A stretch of 63,101 nt of DNA, counting the filler, from Chthonomonadaceae bacterium (lineage in GTDB: Bacteria; Armatimonadota; Chthonomonadetes; Chthonomonadales; Chthonomonadaceae), in NCBI GenBank assembly GCA_035650735.1. It is 6 parts of 6 records of this genome, joined end to end, with 100 filler letters (N's around TTAATTAATTAA, not from the genome) between each part and the next. Parts side by side here need not be neighbours in the genome. Positions count along the whole stretch, not along the records: positions 1 to 22,340 come from DASRGZ010000032.1; 5 more parts are not named here. One strand, written 5' to 3'. Below the pieces are notes generated by a model. The model saw only the letters and a list, made by a program, of their open reading frames with translations. It had not been told where the DNA came from and did no database searches. Of this stretch, positions 10,044-19,746 are shown piece after piece. The translations under genes were made by a program, and so were the position numbers. Every line of letters starts with the position of its first letter. Within the stretch, counting starts at the first letter, position 1.

Positions 10044-11102
10044 TCATTGCGGCTGTCCGACCACGTCCGAATCTTCAGTATTCGGCTGTTGCGGCAGTTC
10101 ATGCAGATAGCCGTTGCGCGTGGTCTCTTTCGTAATTACCGAGCGAATATGCAGTTCCAGAGAGAGGCCCTTCGGCGCAGGCAGCTTCTTTTCCAGGGCA
10201 GCGACGCGCTCCGGCGAAAAGGAAAAGGGAGTACGCACCACCGCGATCACGATTTCGGTGTTCGTGTCTAACTGGAAGCGCAGATCAGCCAAGTGAACGC
10301 CGGGAAAAGCGCGCAGTTCCTGCTCCAACCGGGCGCGCAAATGCGCCTGAAACTGTTGCTTGGCAATGGACTGTGAAAAGTCATAGCTTAGCACTGAGGC
10401 CAGCCCGATCAACAGACCAAAGCTGATTGCGTTGCGCCTGGCGAGCAGACGACGACCAACCGCGTGCTTGCCCATCCGATGATAGCCGTGCAGGAACATT
10501 ACCACCGAAGAGGCGAACTGAATGGCGATGAAGTTGGCGAAGAACAGTAGGAAACCGCCGAACGCGAGCCGGGTTTCCCCACGTGCCAGGCAGATGCTGC
10601 ACGTCGAGAGGGGTGGAACCAGCGCCGTTGCGATAGCGACCCCGACCAGTCCCACGCTCAAGCGCGGCGATACCGTCGCATATGCGCCTGCCGCGCCCCC
10701 GGCCAGCGCAATCATCAGGTCGAGGATGTTAGGGGCAGCGCGGGAGAGAATTTGATCGGTGAGCGGCATATCTTGATGGATTTTGCCAATGACATAGGCC
10801 ACACACAGCACCGTCAGCACGCCCCCCACTTCCGCCAGCAGCCCCTTGCGGAGCAGTGCGTTATCCCCGCAGACCAGCGCCAGGGCAATGCCGGAGATCG
10901 GGCCGAGGAGCATGGCGATAATCATCGCCCCTATCACCACCGCCGTACTGTTTTGCAGCAGGCCATAGCAGGCGACGACGGTTGCTAGCGTGTTCATGGT
11001 GACAGAGGAAACGGTGAACGCCGAGTTCTGCCGGATGCTTTCGCAGATGACTTCTTTTTGATGCAGGGGATCAATCGGCGCATCTTGAATCGGGTTGCTC
11101 AA
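10044..11102 (-). CDS. DUF389 (TIGR00341-like) membrane protein
   Basis: GLLQNSTAVVIGAMIIAMLLGPI, DLMIALAGGAAGA, GVAIATALVPPL. Confidence 0.9.
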   Translation of the reverse strand: MSNPIQDAPIDPLHQKEVICESIRQNSAFTVSSVTMNTLATVVACYGLLQNSTAVVIGAMIIAMLLGPISGIALALVCGDNALLRKGLLAEVGGVLTVLCVAYVIGKIHQDMPLTDQILSRAAPNILDLMIALAGGAAGAYATVSPRLSVGLVGVAIATALVPPLSTCSICLARGETRLAFGGFLLFFANFIAIQFASSVVMFLHGYHRMGKHAVGRRLLARRNAISFGLLIGLASVLSYDFSQSIAKQQFQAHLRARLEQELRAFPGVHLADLRFQLDTNTEIVIAVVRTPFSFSPERVAALEKKLPAPKGLSLELHIRSVITKETTRNGYLHELPQQPNTEDSDVVGQPQ

Positions 11103-11135
11103 AGGCGGGTATCCTCGTGAGGAGCGGCAAGCCGC

Positions 11136-11366
11136 TTACTCCTGTCGGGGCGGTTCCGGCAACTTAGGGCGTCGGAACTGGATAATCAGACCAATCACCA
11201 TCAGCCCAATGCCAATCCCAAGCGCATAGGGAAGGTAGGCCGCGATTTTATTGATGAGCCGTCCCCCGGCCCATAGCGCGGCGGCCAAGACGGTGATCCG
11301 CAGTCCGGCCCGCACCACCAGATTGTACGGGCGCGGCTGTTTAGCCGGAGGGTGTTTGATGTTCAT
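11136..11366 (-). CDS. small hypothetical membrane protein
   Basis: 76 aa, two hydrophobic helices, co-oriented with neighbours. Confidence 0.6.
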   Translation of the reverse strand: MNIKHPPAKQPRPYNLVVRAGLRITVLAAALWAGGRLINKIAAYLPYALGIGIGLMVIGLIIQFRRPKLPEPPRQE

Positions 11367-11386
11367 AGGCGTCTCTTTCTGCCTGG

Positions 11387-11500
11387 GGCGCGATCTGCCT
11401 TAGCCGTTTCAAGAGGGGAATGACGCTTTAGCATGACGACCTACTTCCCGGAGCTTCAGCCGGCGCGATCTGCCTCAGCCGTTTCAAGAGGGGAATGACG
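11387..11500. repeat. 39-bp direct repeat (11387-11425 and 11462-11500), 1 mismatch
   Basis: GGCGCGATCTGCCT(T/C)AGCCGTTTCAAGAGGGGAATGACG; second copy lies in the antiporter 3' end. Confidence 0.9.
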
Positions 11501-12645
11501 GTCAATCCCTGGACGATGACGGAGAAGGCGACGACCGCGAAGGTGACGGTGATCAGTGTTTCGCGTTCCGTCATCGTACCCGGCAGCCCTAACGCCAGCG
11601 CCAGGGCCAGCGCCCCCCGCAACCCACCCCAAAACAGAATATGCTGCTGCGCCGCCGTGACGCGCCAGCGAGAACGGACAAATAGCGCGCAGCAGCCATA
11701 GACCGCGATGGCGCGGCCCAGGAGTACCAGCAGAATTGCCGCCAGCGCAGGCAATAAAACAGAGCCGAACGGGTGATGCGCCAACCGGATGCCGATGAGC
11801 AGGAAAATGAGCGAGTTCACCAGAAAGGCGATGTACTCCCAAAAGGAGAGGACTTCGGCCCGGCCTCTATCAGTCAACGCGCCGAGCGAGCCGAGATTGC
11901 CTAAGAGCAGTCCCGCCGTCAGCGTCGCCAGCACGCCGGACAGATGGAAATGCTCGGCCAACAGAAAGGAGCCATAGGCGGCAATCATTGTAAAGGTGAT
12001 CTCGACTAAGTGATCGTCGGTGCGACCCGCCAATAAGAGCGCGGCCCCGCCGATTAGTGCCCCACACGCAACGCCTCCGGCAACAGTCACCAGAAAACTC
12101 TGCGCCACGCCCCAGGCCGTGACACTGTTGCCTTGTGTCGCTGCCAGCGCCACCCCGAACAGAACTGCCGCCGTGCCGTCGTTAAAGAGGCTTTCCGCTT
12201 CGACGAGCAGCCGCAGCCTGCCGGTAATGCCTGCTTCCTTGAAAGTGGCAATGACGGAAACCGGATCGGTGGCCGCCAGGAGAACCCCGATCAGTATCGC
12301 CGTTTGCCAGGGCCAGCCCGCGATCCCGCGCAAGCCGAGAGCCGTTACGCCCGCCGAGAGGAACACGCCGAGCGTTGCCAGCACCAGAATAGGAAACAAA
12401 TCCCGGCGCAACTCCTGCCAGGGTATCTGAAAGGCCGCTTCAAAAATGAGCGGGGGCAGGAAGGCGGTAAAGATCAGTTCTTTCGTCAGCGTCGCATCCA
12501 ATGGAAACGGAGAGAGGGCGAGGCCGACCCCGGTAAGCACCAGGCCAACCGTATAGGGCAGGCGCAGCTTGCGGCCCAACATAGAGACGGCGGAGGCGAT
12601 CAGGAGCAGCAGGATCAGGCGCTCGATATTCAATTCCGCACGCAA
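11428..12645 (-). CDS. Na+/H+ antiporter, CPA1 (NhaP-like)
   Basis: FLPPLIFEAA, ATDPVSV, EAESLFNDG, WGGLRGA motifs. Confidence 0.95.
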   Translation of the reverse strand: MRAELNIERLILLLLIASAVSMLGRKLRLPYTVGLVLTGVGLALSPFPLDATLTKELIFTAFLPPLIFEAAFQIPWQELRRDLFPILVLATLGVFLSAGVTALGLRGIAGWPWQTAILIGVLLAATDPVSVIATFKEAGITGRLRLLVEAESLFNDGTAAVLFGVALAATQGNSVTAWGVAQSFLVTVAGGVACGALIGGAALLLAGRTDDHLVEITFTMIAAYGSFLLAEHFHLSGVLATLTAGLLLGNLGSLGALTDRGRAEVLSFWEYIAFLVNSLIFLLIGIRLAHHPFGSVLLPALAAILLVLLGRAIAVYGCCALFVRSRWRVTAAQQHILFWGGLRGALALALALGLPGTMTERETLITVTFAVVAFSVIVQGLTVIPLLKRLRQIAPAEAPGSRSSC

Positions 12646-12712
12646 CTCCTTTCTGCCTCCCTTCGTTTAGGTCAGATCGCAGCGCGTCTAAGCGGGCGAG
12701 GAGGAAAGCACT

Positions 12713-13585
12713 ATGTCTTCGTATTGGAAAGCATTTGTCAACCCGCTCGAAGAGACGCTTCGCCGTCTTATCTCTTTCGTGCCGCGTTTCTTCATAGCGG
12801 CCCTACTGTTTCTACTCTTCTACGGTCTGGCTTGGTTGATACGTCGCATCCTACGCCGGCCATTGGAGCGGGTTCCCCATCTGCCGCTTACCATTCGCAT
12901 CCTGATTGCCCGCTCCGCCTATATTATGACATTACTCCTGGGATTTATGGTCGCTTTGAGCGCGGCCAACGTGGACGTGACAACGGTACTGGCAAGCCTG
13001 GGAGTGGCCGGGTTCGCATTGGGCTTTGCCTTCAAGGACATTCTGGAAAACTTCATTGCGGGCATTCTGCTGCTGTTTTCGCGCCCGTTTGAAGTGGGGG
13101 ATCAGGTGACGCTCGGCAGCTACGAGGGAACCGTGACCGATATTGAAATCCGCATAACGACGCTTCGCACCTACGACGACCAGAAAGTTGCCATCCCGAA
13201 CAGCCATATCTACACGAACCCGGTGGTCAATCATACCACCCATGGGCGGCGACGATATATGATCGCGTTCGATACGAGCCTCACAGCCGACGCGCAGCAG
13301 GTAGAGCAGGAAGCCTTAGACGCGGCGACCGAGCATAGCGACGTGTTGAAGGAACCCGCTCCCTTCATTCGCATAGCAGGCGTGGATAGCGGGAATGACG
13401 TGCTGAGTTGGCATCTGTTCTATTGGGCCGCGCCGACCAAAGCAGTGGAAGTTAAGACCGTCTCAGAGATACTGGAACGGATCAAGGCCCGGCTCTACGA
13501 CGCCGGAGTACCGACGCCGACAGCAACCTCCGCGACAATCTTGCAGCGTCGAGGTTCTGCACAGAAGAACAGTCATTCAGAATAA
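12713..13585 (+). CDS. small-conductance mechanosensitive channel, MscS family
   Basis: LGVAGFALGFAFKDILENFIAG..RPFEVGDQV..GTVTDIEIRIT..IPNS. Confidence 0.95.
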   Translation: MSSYWKAFVNPLEETLRRLISFVPRFFIAALLFLLFYGLAWLIRRILRRPLERVPHLPLTIRILIARSAYIMTLLLGFMVALSAANVDVTTVLASLGVAGFALGFAFKDILENFIAGILLLFSRPFEVGDQVTLGSYEGTVTDIEIRITTLRTYDDQKVAIPNSHIYTNPVVNHTTHGRRRYMIAFDTSLTADAQQVEQEALDAATEHSDVLKEPAPFIRIAGVDSGNDVLSWHLFYWAAPTKAVEVKTVSEILERIKARLYDAGVPTPTATSATILQRRGSAQKNSHSE

Positions 13586-13851
13586 AACGTCTGAAACCCA
13601 TCCACCAACTGCAACTCTTGCCCGTTCGTCGGGTAGAGTGTAAGCGTGCAAACGTTCGTTTGCACAACTTACAGGACGGAAACAGACAAAAGGCTTGCAG
13701 TCCTTCCTACAGTTATGGCAGGAGGGAAGCAAGGCTCTTAGCGAAGGGACGCCAGTGCCGGGGGTAGGGTATCATCGTTTAGAAGCACGGAGGCAGCAGC
13801 GTTGAGAACGGAAAGATTACTATGCCCGCCCGTTGGTGGCGCGGCCTCCGG

Positions 13852-13881
13852 TTGACCCGCTTCGCCGGAATAGGTTATACT
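13852..13881 (+). promoter_or_regulatory. putative sigma70-type promoter of purL
   Basis: TTGACC-18 bp-TATACT about 55 bp upstream of the purL start. Confidence 0.5.
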
Positions 13882-13935
13882 AACAGTGCGCTGTCGCAGG
13901 CCAATCTGGCTGGGGGATAGGGAGGAAGAGACGTT

Positions 13936-16446
13936 TTGATCGCGCCGCCGATTTACCGCGAAATGGGCCTCAACGACGCCGAGTACCAGAAAATCCTCGG
14001 CATCCTGGGGCGGGAACCGACCCTCACGGAACTGGGCATGTTCGCCGTGATGTGGTCGGAGCACTGCGGCTACAAGTATTCGCGCCCGGTGTTGTCTCTG
14101 TTCAAGACCTACAGGGAAGCGCAGGAGACAGGCGCGCTGGAGAATGCGGGCGTCGTTGCCCTGGACGAGACGTTCGGGATCGTCTTCAAGGTGGAGTCGC
14201 ACAACCACCCGTCCGCAGTCGAGCCGTTCCAGGGCGCGGCCACCGGCGTTGGCGGCATCCTCCGCGACATCTTTACGATGGGCGCGCGGCCTATCGCCAA
14301 CCTCAACTCCCTGCGCTTTGGCCCCCTGGACGAGCCCCGCAACCGCTACCTGTTTGAGCATGTCGTCGCCGGAATCGGGCACTATGGGAACTGCGTCGGA
14401 GTGCCGACCGTCGCCGGCGAAGTCTACTTCCACCCCTGCTACAGCGGCAACCCGCTCGTCAACGCGATGGCCGTCGGCGTCGTGGAGCGCGACAAGATCG
14501 CCCGCGCCGCCGCCCAGGGCATCGGCAACCCCGTCATCTATGTCGGCAGCGCCACCGGCAAGGACGGCATTCACGGCGCGACCTTTGCCAGCGTCGAGCT
14601 CGGCCCCGATAGCGAGAGCAAGCGCCCCAACGTCCAGATGGGCGACCCCTTCATGGAGAAGCTGCTGATCGAGGCGACGCTGGAAGCTTTGGCGACCGGC
14701 GAAGTCGTGGGCATCCAGGATATGGGCGCGGCGGGCCTGACCTGTTCCACCAGCGAAACCGCCGCCAAAGCCGACAACGGCATGGAGATAGACGTCCGCA
14801 AGGTGCCCCTGCGCGAGCCGAACATGACGCCCTACGAGATCATGCTCTCCGAGTCGCAGGAGCGGATGCTGTGCATCGTGCGCCAGGGGGCCGAGCAGCG
14901 CGTCATGGACATCTTCACGAAGTGGGGTCTGAACGCCGCCGTGATCGGCCACGTCACCGGCGATGGCCTGGTGCGCGTCAAGGATAACGGCACAGTCGTC
15001 GCGGAGGTCCCCGCCAAAGCCCTCACCGACCAGTGCCCGACTTACTACCTGGAAACCGCCGAGCCGGAATACATCAAGCAAGTCCAGGCATTCGATTTCT
15101 CCACGCTGCCGGAACCAGTGCCCTCTTTACCTAACCCCCCGTCCTCCACTGCTAGGGAAGGGGGAGAGGCCCCCACCCCCATCCCCTCCCCCAAGAACAG
15201 GGGAGGGGAGAGTTCAGAGTTGGCTTCTCTTCTCCCGTCTCCCTTGGAGGGAGAAGGGCCGGGGATGAGGGGAGATAAGGGAGAACCGAACAACCTGGAA
15301 GGGGAGCCGCTCCCCTCTCCCTCTAAAGGAGAGGGGTCGGGGGTGAGATCAGGTGGGGAACTTACCTACGCCGACGTCCTTGTGCGGCTGCTCGACTCGC
15401 CCAGCATCGCCAGCAAAGAATGGGTCACCCAGCAGTACGATAGCATGGTGCAGACGCAGACGGTGATCGGGCCGGGCGCGGATGCGGCGGTGCTGCGGAT
15501 ACGCGGCTCGAAAAAGGGCATTGCCGTTAAATTGGACGGCAACGGGCGCTATTGCTATCTCGATCCCTTCGTCGGCGGGCAGATCGCCGTCGCGGAGGCA
15601 GCGCGCAACGTCGCCTGCGTCGGCGCCGCGCCCACCGCCATCACCGACTGCCTTAACTTCGCCAACCCGGAAAAGCCCACCGGCTTCTGGCAGTTCCGCC
15701 GCGCCGTCGAGGGCATCGCCAAGGCGACCGAGGCGTTCGGCACGCCCGTTGTCTCCGGCAACGTCTCCTTCTATAACGAGACGCCGGAAGGAGCTATCTT
15801 CCCGACCCCGACCATCGGGATGCTGGGCATTCTGGAGGACATCAACCGGCGCTGCCAGGCGGCGTTCCGGGAGGACGGCGAGGGGGACGTCATCGCGCTG
15901 CTCACCGCCTACGACGACCCGACCGGCGGGCTTGGCGGCAGCGAGTATCTGAGCGTCGCGCACGGCGTGGAGGCCGGCGTTCCGCCGCGCGTGGACCTGG
16001 AGGGCGAGAAGCGGCTGCACGCGCTGCTGCTGGAGTGCATTGGCGAGCGGCTGTTCGCCTCCTGCCACGATGTCTCGGATGGCGGCCTGGCCGTCTGCCT
16101 GGCGGAAAGCGCGATCCTGGGTCGTCAGGGCGCGCTGGTACTGCTCAATCCGGCAGATTTTCCCGGTAGCCTGCGGCCCTCCGCGCTGCTCTTCGGGGAG
16201 GCGCAGGGCCGCGTGGTCGTCACCGTCCGCACCGAGAAGCAGTTTGCGCGGCTCAAGCAGCAGGCCGAGAAAGCGGGCGTCCGCGTCGCCTGGATCGGCA
16301 CGGTCGGCGGCGACAGCCTGCGCCTCTCGCTTGGCCCAACCGTCCTGGCCGATGTGCCCGTGACGCAGTTGGCGGAAGTCTATCAGAACGCCATCCCCCG
16401 TCGCATGGGAGCGGCACACGCCTGCGTTGGAGATACTCTGATTTAA
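13936..16446 (+). CDS. purL: phosphoribosylformylglycinamidine synthase subunit PurL, with in-frame repeat-derived insertion (~15118-15363)
   Basis: [63 protein letters not shown]. Confidence 0.98.
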   Translation: MIAPPIYREMGLNDAEYQKILGILGREPTLTELGMFAVMWSEHCGYKYSRPVLSLFKTYREAQETGALENAGVVALDETFGIVFKVESHNHPSAVEPFQGAATGVGGILRDIFTMGARPIANLNSLRFGPLDEPRNRYLFEHVVAGIGHYGNCVGVPTVAGEVYFHPCYSGNPLVNAMAVGVVERDKIARAAAQGIGNPVIYVGSATGKDGIHGATFASVELGPDSESKRPNVQMGDPFMEKLLIEATLEALATGEVVGIQDMGAAGLTCSTSETAAKADNGMEIDVRKVPLREPNMTPYEIMLSESQERMLCIVRQGAEQRVMDIFTKWGLNAAVIGHVTGDGLVRVKDNGTVVAEVPAKALTDQCPTYYLETAEPEYIKQVQAFDFSTLPEPVPSLPNPPSSTAREGGEAPTPIPSPKNRGGESSELASLLPSPLEGEGPGMRGDKGEPNNLEGEPLPSPSKGEGSGVRSGGELTYADVLVRLLDSPSIASKEWVTQQYDSMVQTQTVIGPGADAAVLRIRGSKKGIAVKLDGNGRYCYLDPFVGGQIAVAEAARNVACVGAAPTAITDCLNFANPEKPTGFWQFRRAVEGIAKATEAFGTPVVSGNVSFYNETPEGAIFPTPTIGMLGILEDINRRCQAAFREDGEGDVIALLTAYDDPTGGLGGSEYLSVAHGVEAGVPPRVDLEGEKRLHALLLECIGERLFASCHDVSDGGLAVCLAESAILGRQGALVLLNPADFPGSLRPSALLFGEAQGRVVVTVRTEKQFARLKQQAEKAGVRVAWIGTVGGDSLRLSLGPTVLADVPVTQLAEVYQNAIPRRMGAAHACVGDTLI
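15127..15348. repeat. cluster of four REP-like hairpin units inside purL
   Basis: TCCCCTCCCC-N8-GGGGAGGGGA, TCTCCCT-TGG-AGGGAGA, CCCCTCTCC-N7-GGAGAGGGG; 15127-15157 matches intergenic 42470-42500 at 28/31 nt. Confidence 0.85.
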
Positions 16447-16463
16447 TTCGAAGGCAAACGCAG

Positions 16464-16718
16464 ATGACAGTAACTATCCAGGAAGCCCAACGTAATCTCT
16501 CGGAACTGCTGGCGCGCATCGCTTCAGGCGGGAAAGAGATCATCATGGCCGAGGACGGTACGCCTGTAGCGCGCCAGGTTCCGATTATCGAAAAAGCCGC
16601 ACGGCGCGTGCCGGGGAGTGCGGCAGGTAAGCTAGTCATCCCGCCGGAGTTCTACGAGCCACTGCCGGAAAAGATCCTGGAGTCCTTTGTGCGCGGATAC
16701 GCTGATTGCCCAAGATAG
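16464..16718 (+). CDS. Phd/YefM-type antitoxin (no adjacent toxin)
   Basis: MTVTIQEAQRNLSELLARIASG..IIMAEDGTPVARQVP..RRVPGSAAGKLVIPPEFYEPLPE. Confidence 0.85.
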   Translation: MTVTIQEAQRNLSELLARIASGGKEIIMAEDGTPVARQVPIIEKAARRVPGSAAGKLVIPPEFYEPLPEKILESFVRGYADCPR

Positions 16719-16961
16719 CGTTCCGACCATCTGGCAGGAGATTCTACAGAGAAACTTTGGCGGGGTTGATTTCGTAAAGCTATAGGCTTTTTCTGTTTGG
16801 CAGTACCTTGCTCCGGCAGTGTCGCCGGAGGCCGACCTGACGCGGCCTGCGCCGCACACGCTGTTTCGTTGCGGCAGACTTGCACTTCAAGATATGCCTG
16901 CAAGCGCGCATTTCTCTTGAGACGTTCGGAAGGTCGTCCCGGCGAAGGAGCAACTCGGATC

Positions 16962-18530
16962 ATGGAGAATCAGCAGCACGCCCCGCAACAGCCGCATATA
17001 ATCCCTCTGGAGCCGCTACAGCGCCGGCCCGTGATGGCTCACTGCGCCGACGGGTGGGAACAGGATACCCCCAAAGAGGAGTGTGGCGTCTTCGGCATTT
17101 TTGCGCCCGGCGAGGATGTGGCGCGCATCACCTTCTTCGGCCTCTTCGCCTTGCAGCATCGCGGCCAGGAGAGCGCCGGCATCGCCGTCTCCAATGGGCG
17201 CGCCATCCGCGTTCACAAGGCCATGGGCCTGGTCACGCAGGTCTTCGACGAGGAAGTCATCCAGTCCCTGACCGGCCTCAGCGCCATCGGGCATACGCGC
17301 TACTCCACCACCGGCTCCAGCGTCCTCTGCAACGCCCAGCCGCTCGCCTGCGTCTCCCGCGCCGGGGACATCGCCGTCGCCCACAACGGCAACCTGGTCA
17401 ACGCCCATCTGCTGCGCGCCGAGTTGGAGGCCGATGGCTGCGCGTTTGAGACCACCAATGACAGCGAGGTTATTGCACAACTGCTGGCAAAACTGCACAC
17501 CGGCTGCATTGAGGAGGCGGTTCGGCAGGTGATGCGGCGATTGCAGGGGGCCTATTCGCTGGTCATCCTGACGCCGGACAAGCTCATCGGCGTGCGCGAT
17601 CCCTACGGCGTTCGCCCGCTTTGCATCGGGCGCATCAACGGCAGCAAGTACGTGCTCGCCTCCGAGTCGTGCGCGCTGGGGCCGGTTGGCGCGCAGTATC
17701 TAAGAGAAGTCGAGCCGGGCGAGGTCATCATCATTGATTGCGAGGGCCAGCACGAGTTCCAGGCCGTTCCCACCGCGCGTCACGCCACCTGCCTGCTGGA
17801 GTTCATCTATTTTTCCCGCCCGGATACGATGCTCTATAACCGCTCTCTGCACGCGGCCCGCCGCCGCATGGGCCACGAGCTGGCGCGGGAGCATCCCTGT
17901 CCCGGCGCGCACGTCGTCGTGCCCATCCCGGATACGGGCATTCCCGCCGCGCTCGGCTACGCGGAGGCATCACGCATTCCCTACGGCGAGGGCGTCATCA
18001 AGAACCGCTATATTCAGCGCACCTTTATCCAGCCGAACCAGCGTATGCGCGACCTGGGCGCGCGCATGAAGTATACGCCGCTCAAGGATACCCTGGCCGG
18101 GAAGAAGGTCGTGATGGTGGACGACTCCATCGTGCGCGGCACTACCACCGGCAAGCTGGTGCGAATGCTCTTCGATGCGGGCGCCGTCGAGGTCCATGTC
18201 CGCATTACCGCCCCGCCCGTGCGCCATCCCTGCTACTACGGGATAGATATGGCCAACCAGGACGAATTGGTGGCCGCGTGTCACTCCGTGGAAGAGATTC
18301 GCAAGATGATCGGCGCCACCTCGCTCGGATATCTCTCCCTGGAGGGCGTGGTGCGCGCGGTTGGGATGCACAAGGACAAGTTCTGCCGCGCCTGCTTCGA
18401 CGGTAAGTACCCCATCGCCGTGCCGCAGGATGTGCGCGTGAGCAAGCTAATGCTGGAGCGCGAGCGCAATCGGTTTGAGCCCGAACATCGCGAGGGCGGT
18501 CCCGACGACGGCTCCCCGGATGTGGATTAG
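16962..18530 (+). CDS. purF: amidophosphoribosyltransferase
   Basis: Propeptide then EE|CGVFG, LQHRGQESAG, GHTRYST, VDDSIVRGTT, Fe-S cysteines (CYYG, CRACF); AAGGAG RBS. Confidence 0.98.
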   Translation: MENQQHAPQQPHIIPLEPLQRRPVMAHCADGWEQDTPKEECGVFGIFAPGEDVARITFFGLFALQHRGQESAGIAVSNGRAIRVHKAMGLVTQVFDEEVIQSLTGLSAIGHTRYSTTGSSVLCNAQPLACVSRAGDIAVAHNGNLVNAHLLRAELEADGCAFETTNDSEVIAQLLAKLHTGCIEEAVRQVMRRLQGAYSLVILTPDKLIGVRDPYGVRPLCIGRINGSKYVLASESCALGPVGAQYLREVEPGEVIIIDCEGQHEFQAVPTARHATCLLEFIYFSRPDTMLYNRSLHAARRRMGHELAREHPCPGAHVVVPIPDTGIPAALGYAEASRIPYGEGVIKNRYIQRTFIQPNQRMRDLGARMKYTPLKDTLAGKKVVMVDDSIVRGTTTGKLVRMLFDAGAVEVHVRITAPPVRHPCYYGIDMANQDELVAACHSVEEIRKMIGATSLGYLSLEGVVRAVGMHKDKFCRACFDGKYPIAVPQDVRVSKLMLERERNRFEPEHREGGPDDGSPDVD

Positions 18531-18546
18531 TCCTGCCAATCGGGTT

Positions 18547-18766
18547 CGGCCTTGAAGCGGCAGGCTAAACCCCATACTCGTCGAATGGCCGTTCGCTCGT
18601 AGCGCGCTGTTGTCTGTCCTTGAGTGTTACCGACAGCAGAAAATTCAATGCTTGCCATCAATAACCGCTCTGCTTCGGGTACAACGTCTGTCAATAGGGC
18701 GTAACAACGTCAGTTAGTAGGCGAGCATTCAACAGTTATGGGCTAAACCCTGCCGCTTCAAGGCCG
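18547..18766. mobile_element. MITE-like non-coding element with IS4-like ends
   Basis: Perfect 18-bp inverted repeat CGGCCTTGAAGCGGCAGG / CCTGCCGCTTCAAGGCCG; inner ends GGCTAAACCCCATA and TGGGCTAAACCCTGCCGCT shared with the element at 56924-58252. Confidence 0.75.
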
Positions 18767-18809
18767 GACCATCCTGCTGTTCAACTGATACCAACGAGGA
18801 AAGGCGCGT

Positions 18810-19595
18810 ATGATCCCGATTGCCAAACCAGGCCCAATGACCGAGGAAGAGCGGTTCCTGTTCGACGTGGCGGGCTATCTCGTCATCCCGGACGCGCTGA
18901 CGCCGGAAGAGGTGGCAGCCTGCCTGGAAGCGGCCCGACGCTCCCATGCGCCTTACCCGAAAGACGAGTGGCGGCAGTTGGGCGCGGTGTATGAGCAGGA
19001 GCCCGCCGTCGAGAAGCTGATCGATCATCCTTCCATCCTGCCGAAGGCGCGGGCGCTGTTTGGCGATTACTTTATTTTGCAGAGCAGTTGGTGCACCGTC
19101 GTGCCGCCGGGCTTCAAGGGCGGCGGCTACCACCAGGACGGCTCCGGCGTCTACGAGTTCCGTAAACTGGCAACCCCGACGCCCCTGGTGCAGCTGCGCG
19201 TCGGCTACTTCCTGACGGATCAGACGCAGCCGAATATGGGCAACATGGTCATGATCCCCGGCAGCCACAACAGCTCCGTTCCCATGCCGCGCGGCGTGGA
19301 CAAGGACTGGCCCATTCGCGAGGTTATCTGCGGTAAGCCGGGCACGGCGCTGATGTTCCATCAGGGCGTCTACCATTGCGGCACGCGCAACGAGATGGAT
19401 TTCCACCGCTATATTCAGCACATGGTCTACGCTCCGCCCTGGCTTATCCCATCCGACCGCAAGCGCAACGACCCCGCGTTTTTGGAGCGCACCACGCCGC
19501 TGCGCCGCGCGCTGCTGGGCGAGTGGAACCGCCCGGAGGAGCCGTTCGGCATGGGCTATCAGCGCCCTCCCTTCGAGGACGAACGTAACCGATGA
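18810..19595 (+). CDS. phytanoyl-CoA dioxygenase (PhyH) family Fe(II)/2OG dioxygenase
   Basis: FDVAGYLVIPDALT, HQD, MIPGSH, FHQGVYH facial-triad pattern. Confidence 0.9.
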   Translation: MIPIAKPGPMTEEERFLFDVAGYLVIPDALTPEEVAACLEAARRSHAPYPKDEWRQLGAVYEQEPAVEKLIDHPSILPKARALFGDYFILQSSWCTVVPPGFKGGGYHQDGSGVYEFRKLATPTPLVQLRVGYFLTDQTQPNMGNMVMIPGSHNSSVPMPRGVDKDWPIREVICGKPGTALMFHQGVYHCGTRNEMDFHRYIQHMVYAPPWLIPSDRKRNDPAFLERTTPLRRALLGEWNRPEEPFGMGYQRPPFEDERNR

Positions 19596-19746
19596 AGCCG
19601 CCGGTGCCGGCGCTTCGTCTAGAATAGAAACGATGTTAACCGAAAGCGGGGGCGCGGCGTCCAACTGAAAGAGCGTCGTCAAGCCGGAGGGCGTCGTCCG
19701 GAAACGAGGGTGACCTGCGCTTCCCCGCATACGCGGGGGTGAACCG

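Noticed and set aside
11387..11500. Mini CRISPR array (39-bp repeats, 36-bp spacer)
   Set aside because: Two copies only, one is antiporter coding sequence; no cas genes
13680..13935. Purine or ZTP riboswitch before purL
   Set aside because: Conserved cores of these riboswitches are not recognisable by eye
15118..15363. Intein or intron in purL
   Set aside because: No Cys/Ser..His-Asn splicing motifs or intron structure; the sequence is explained by palindromic repeats
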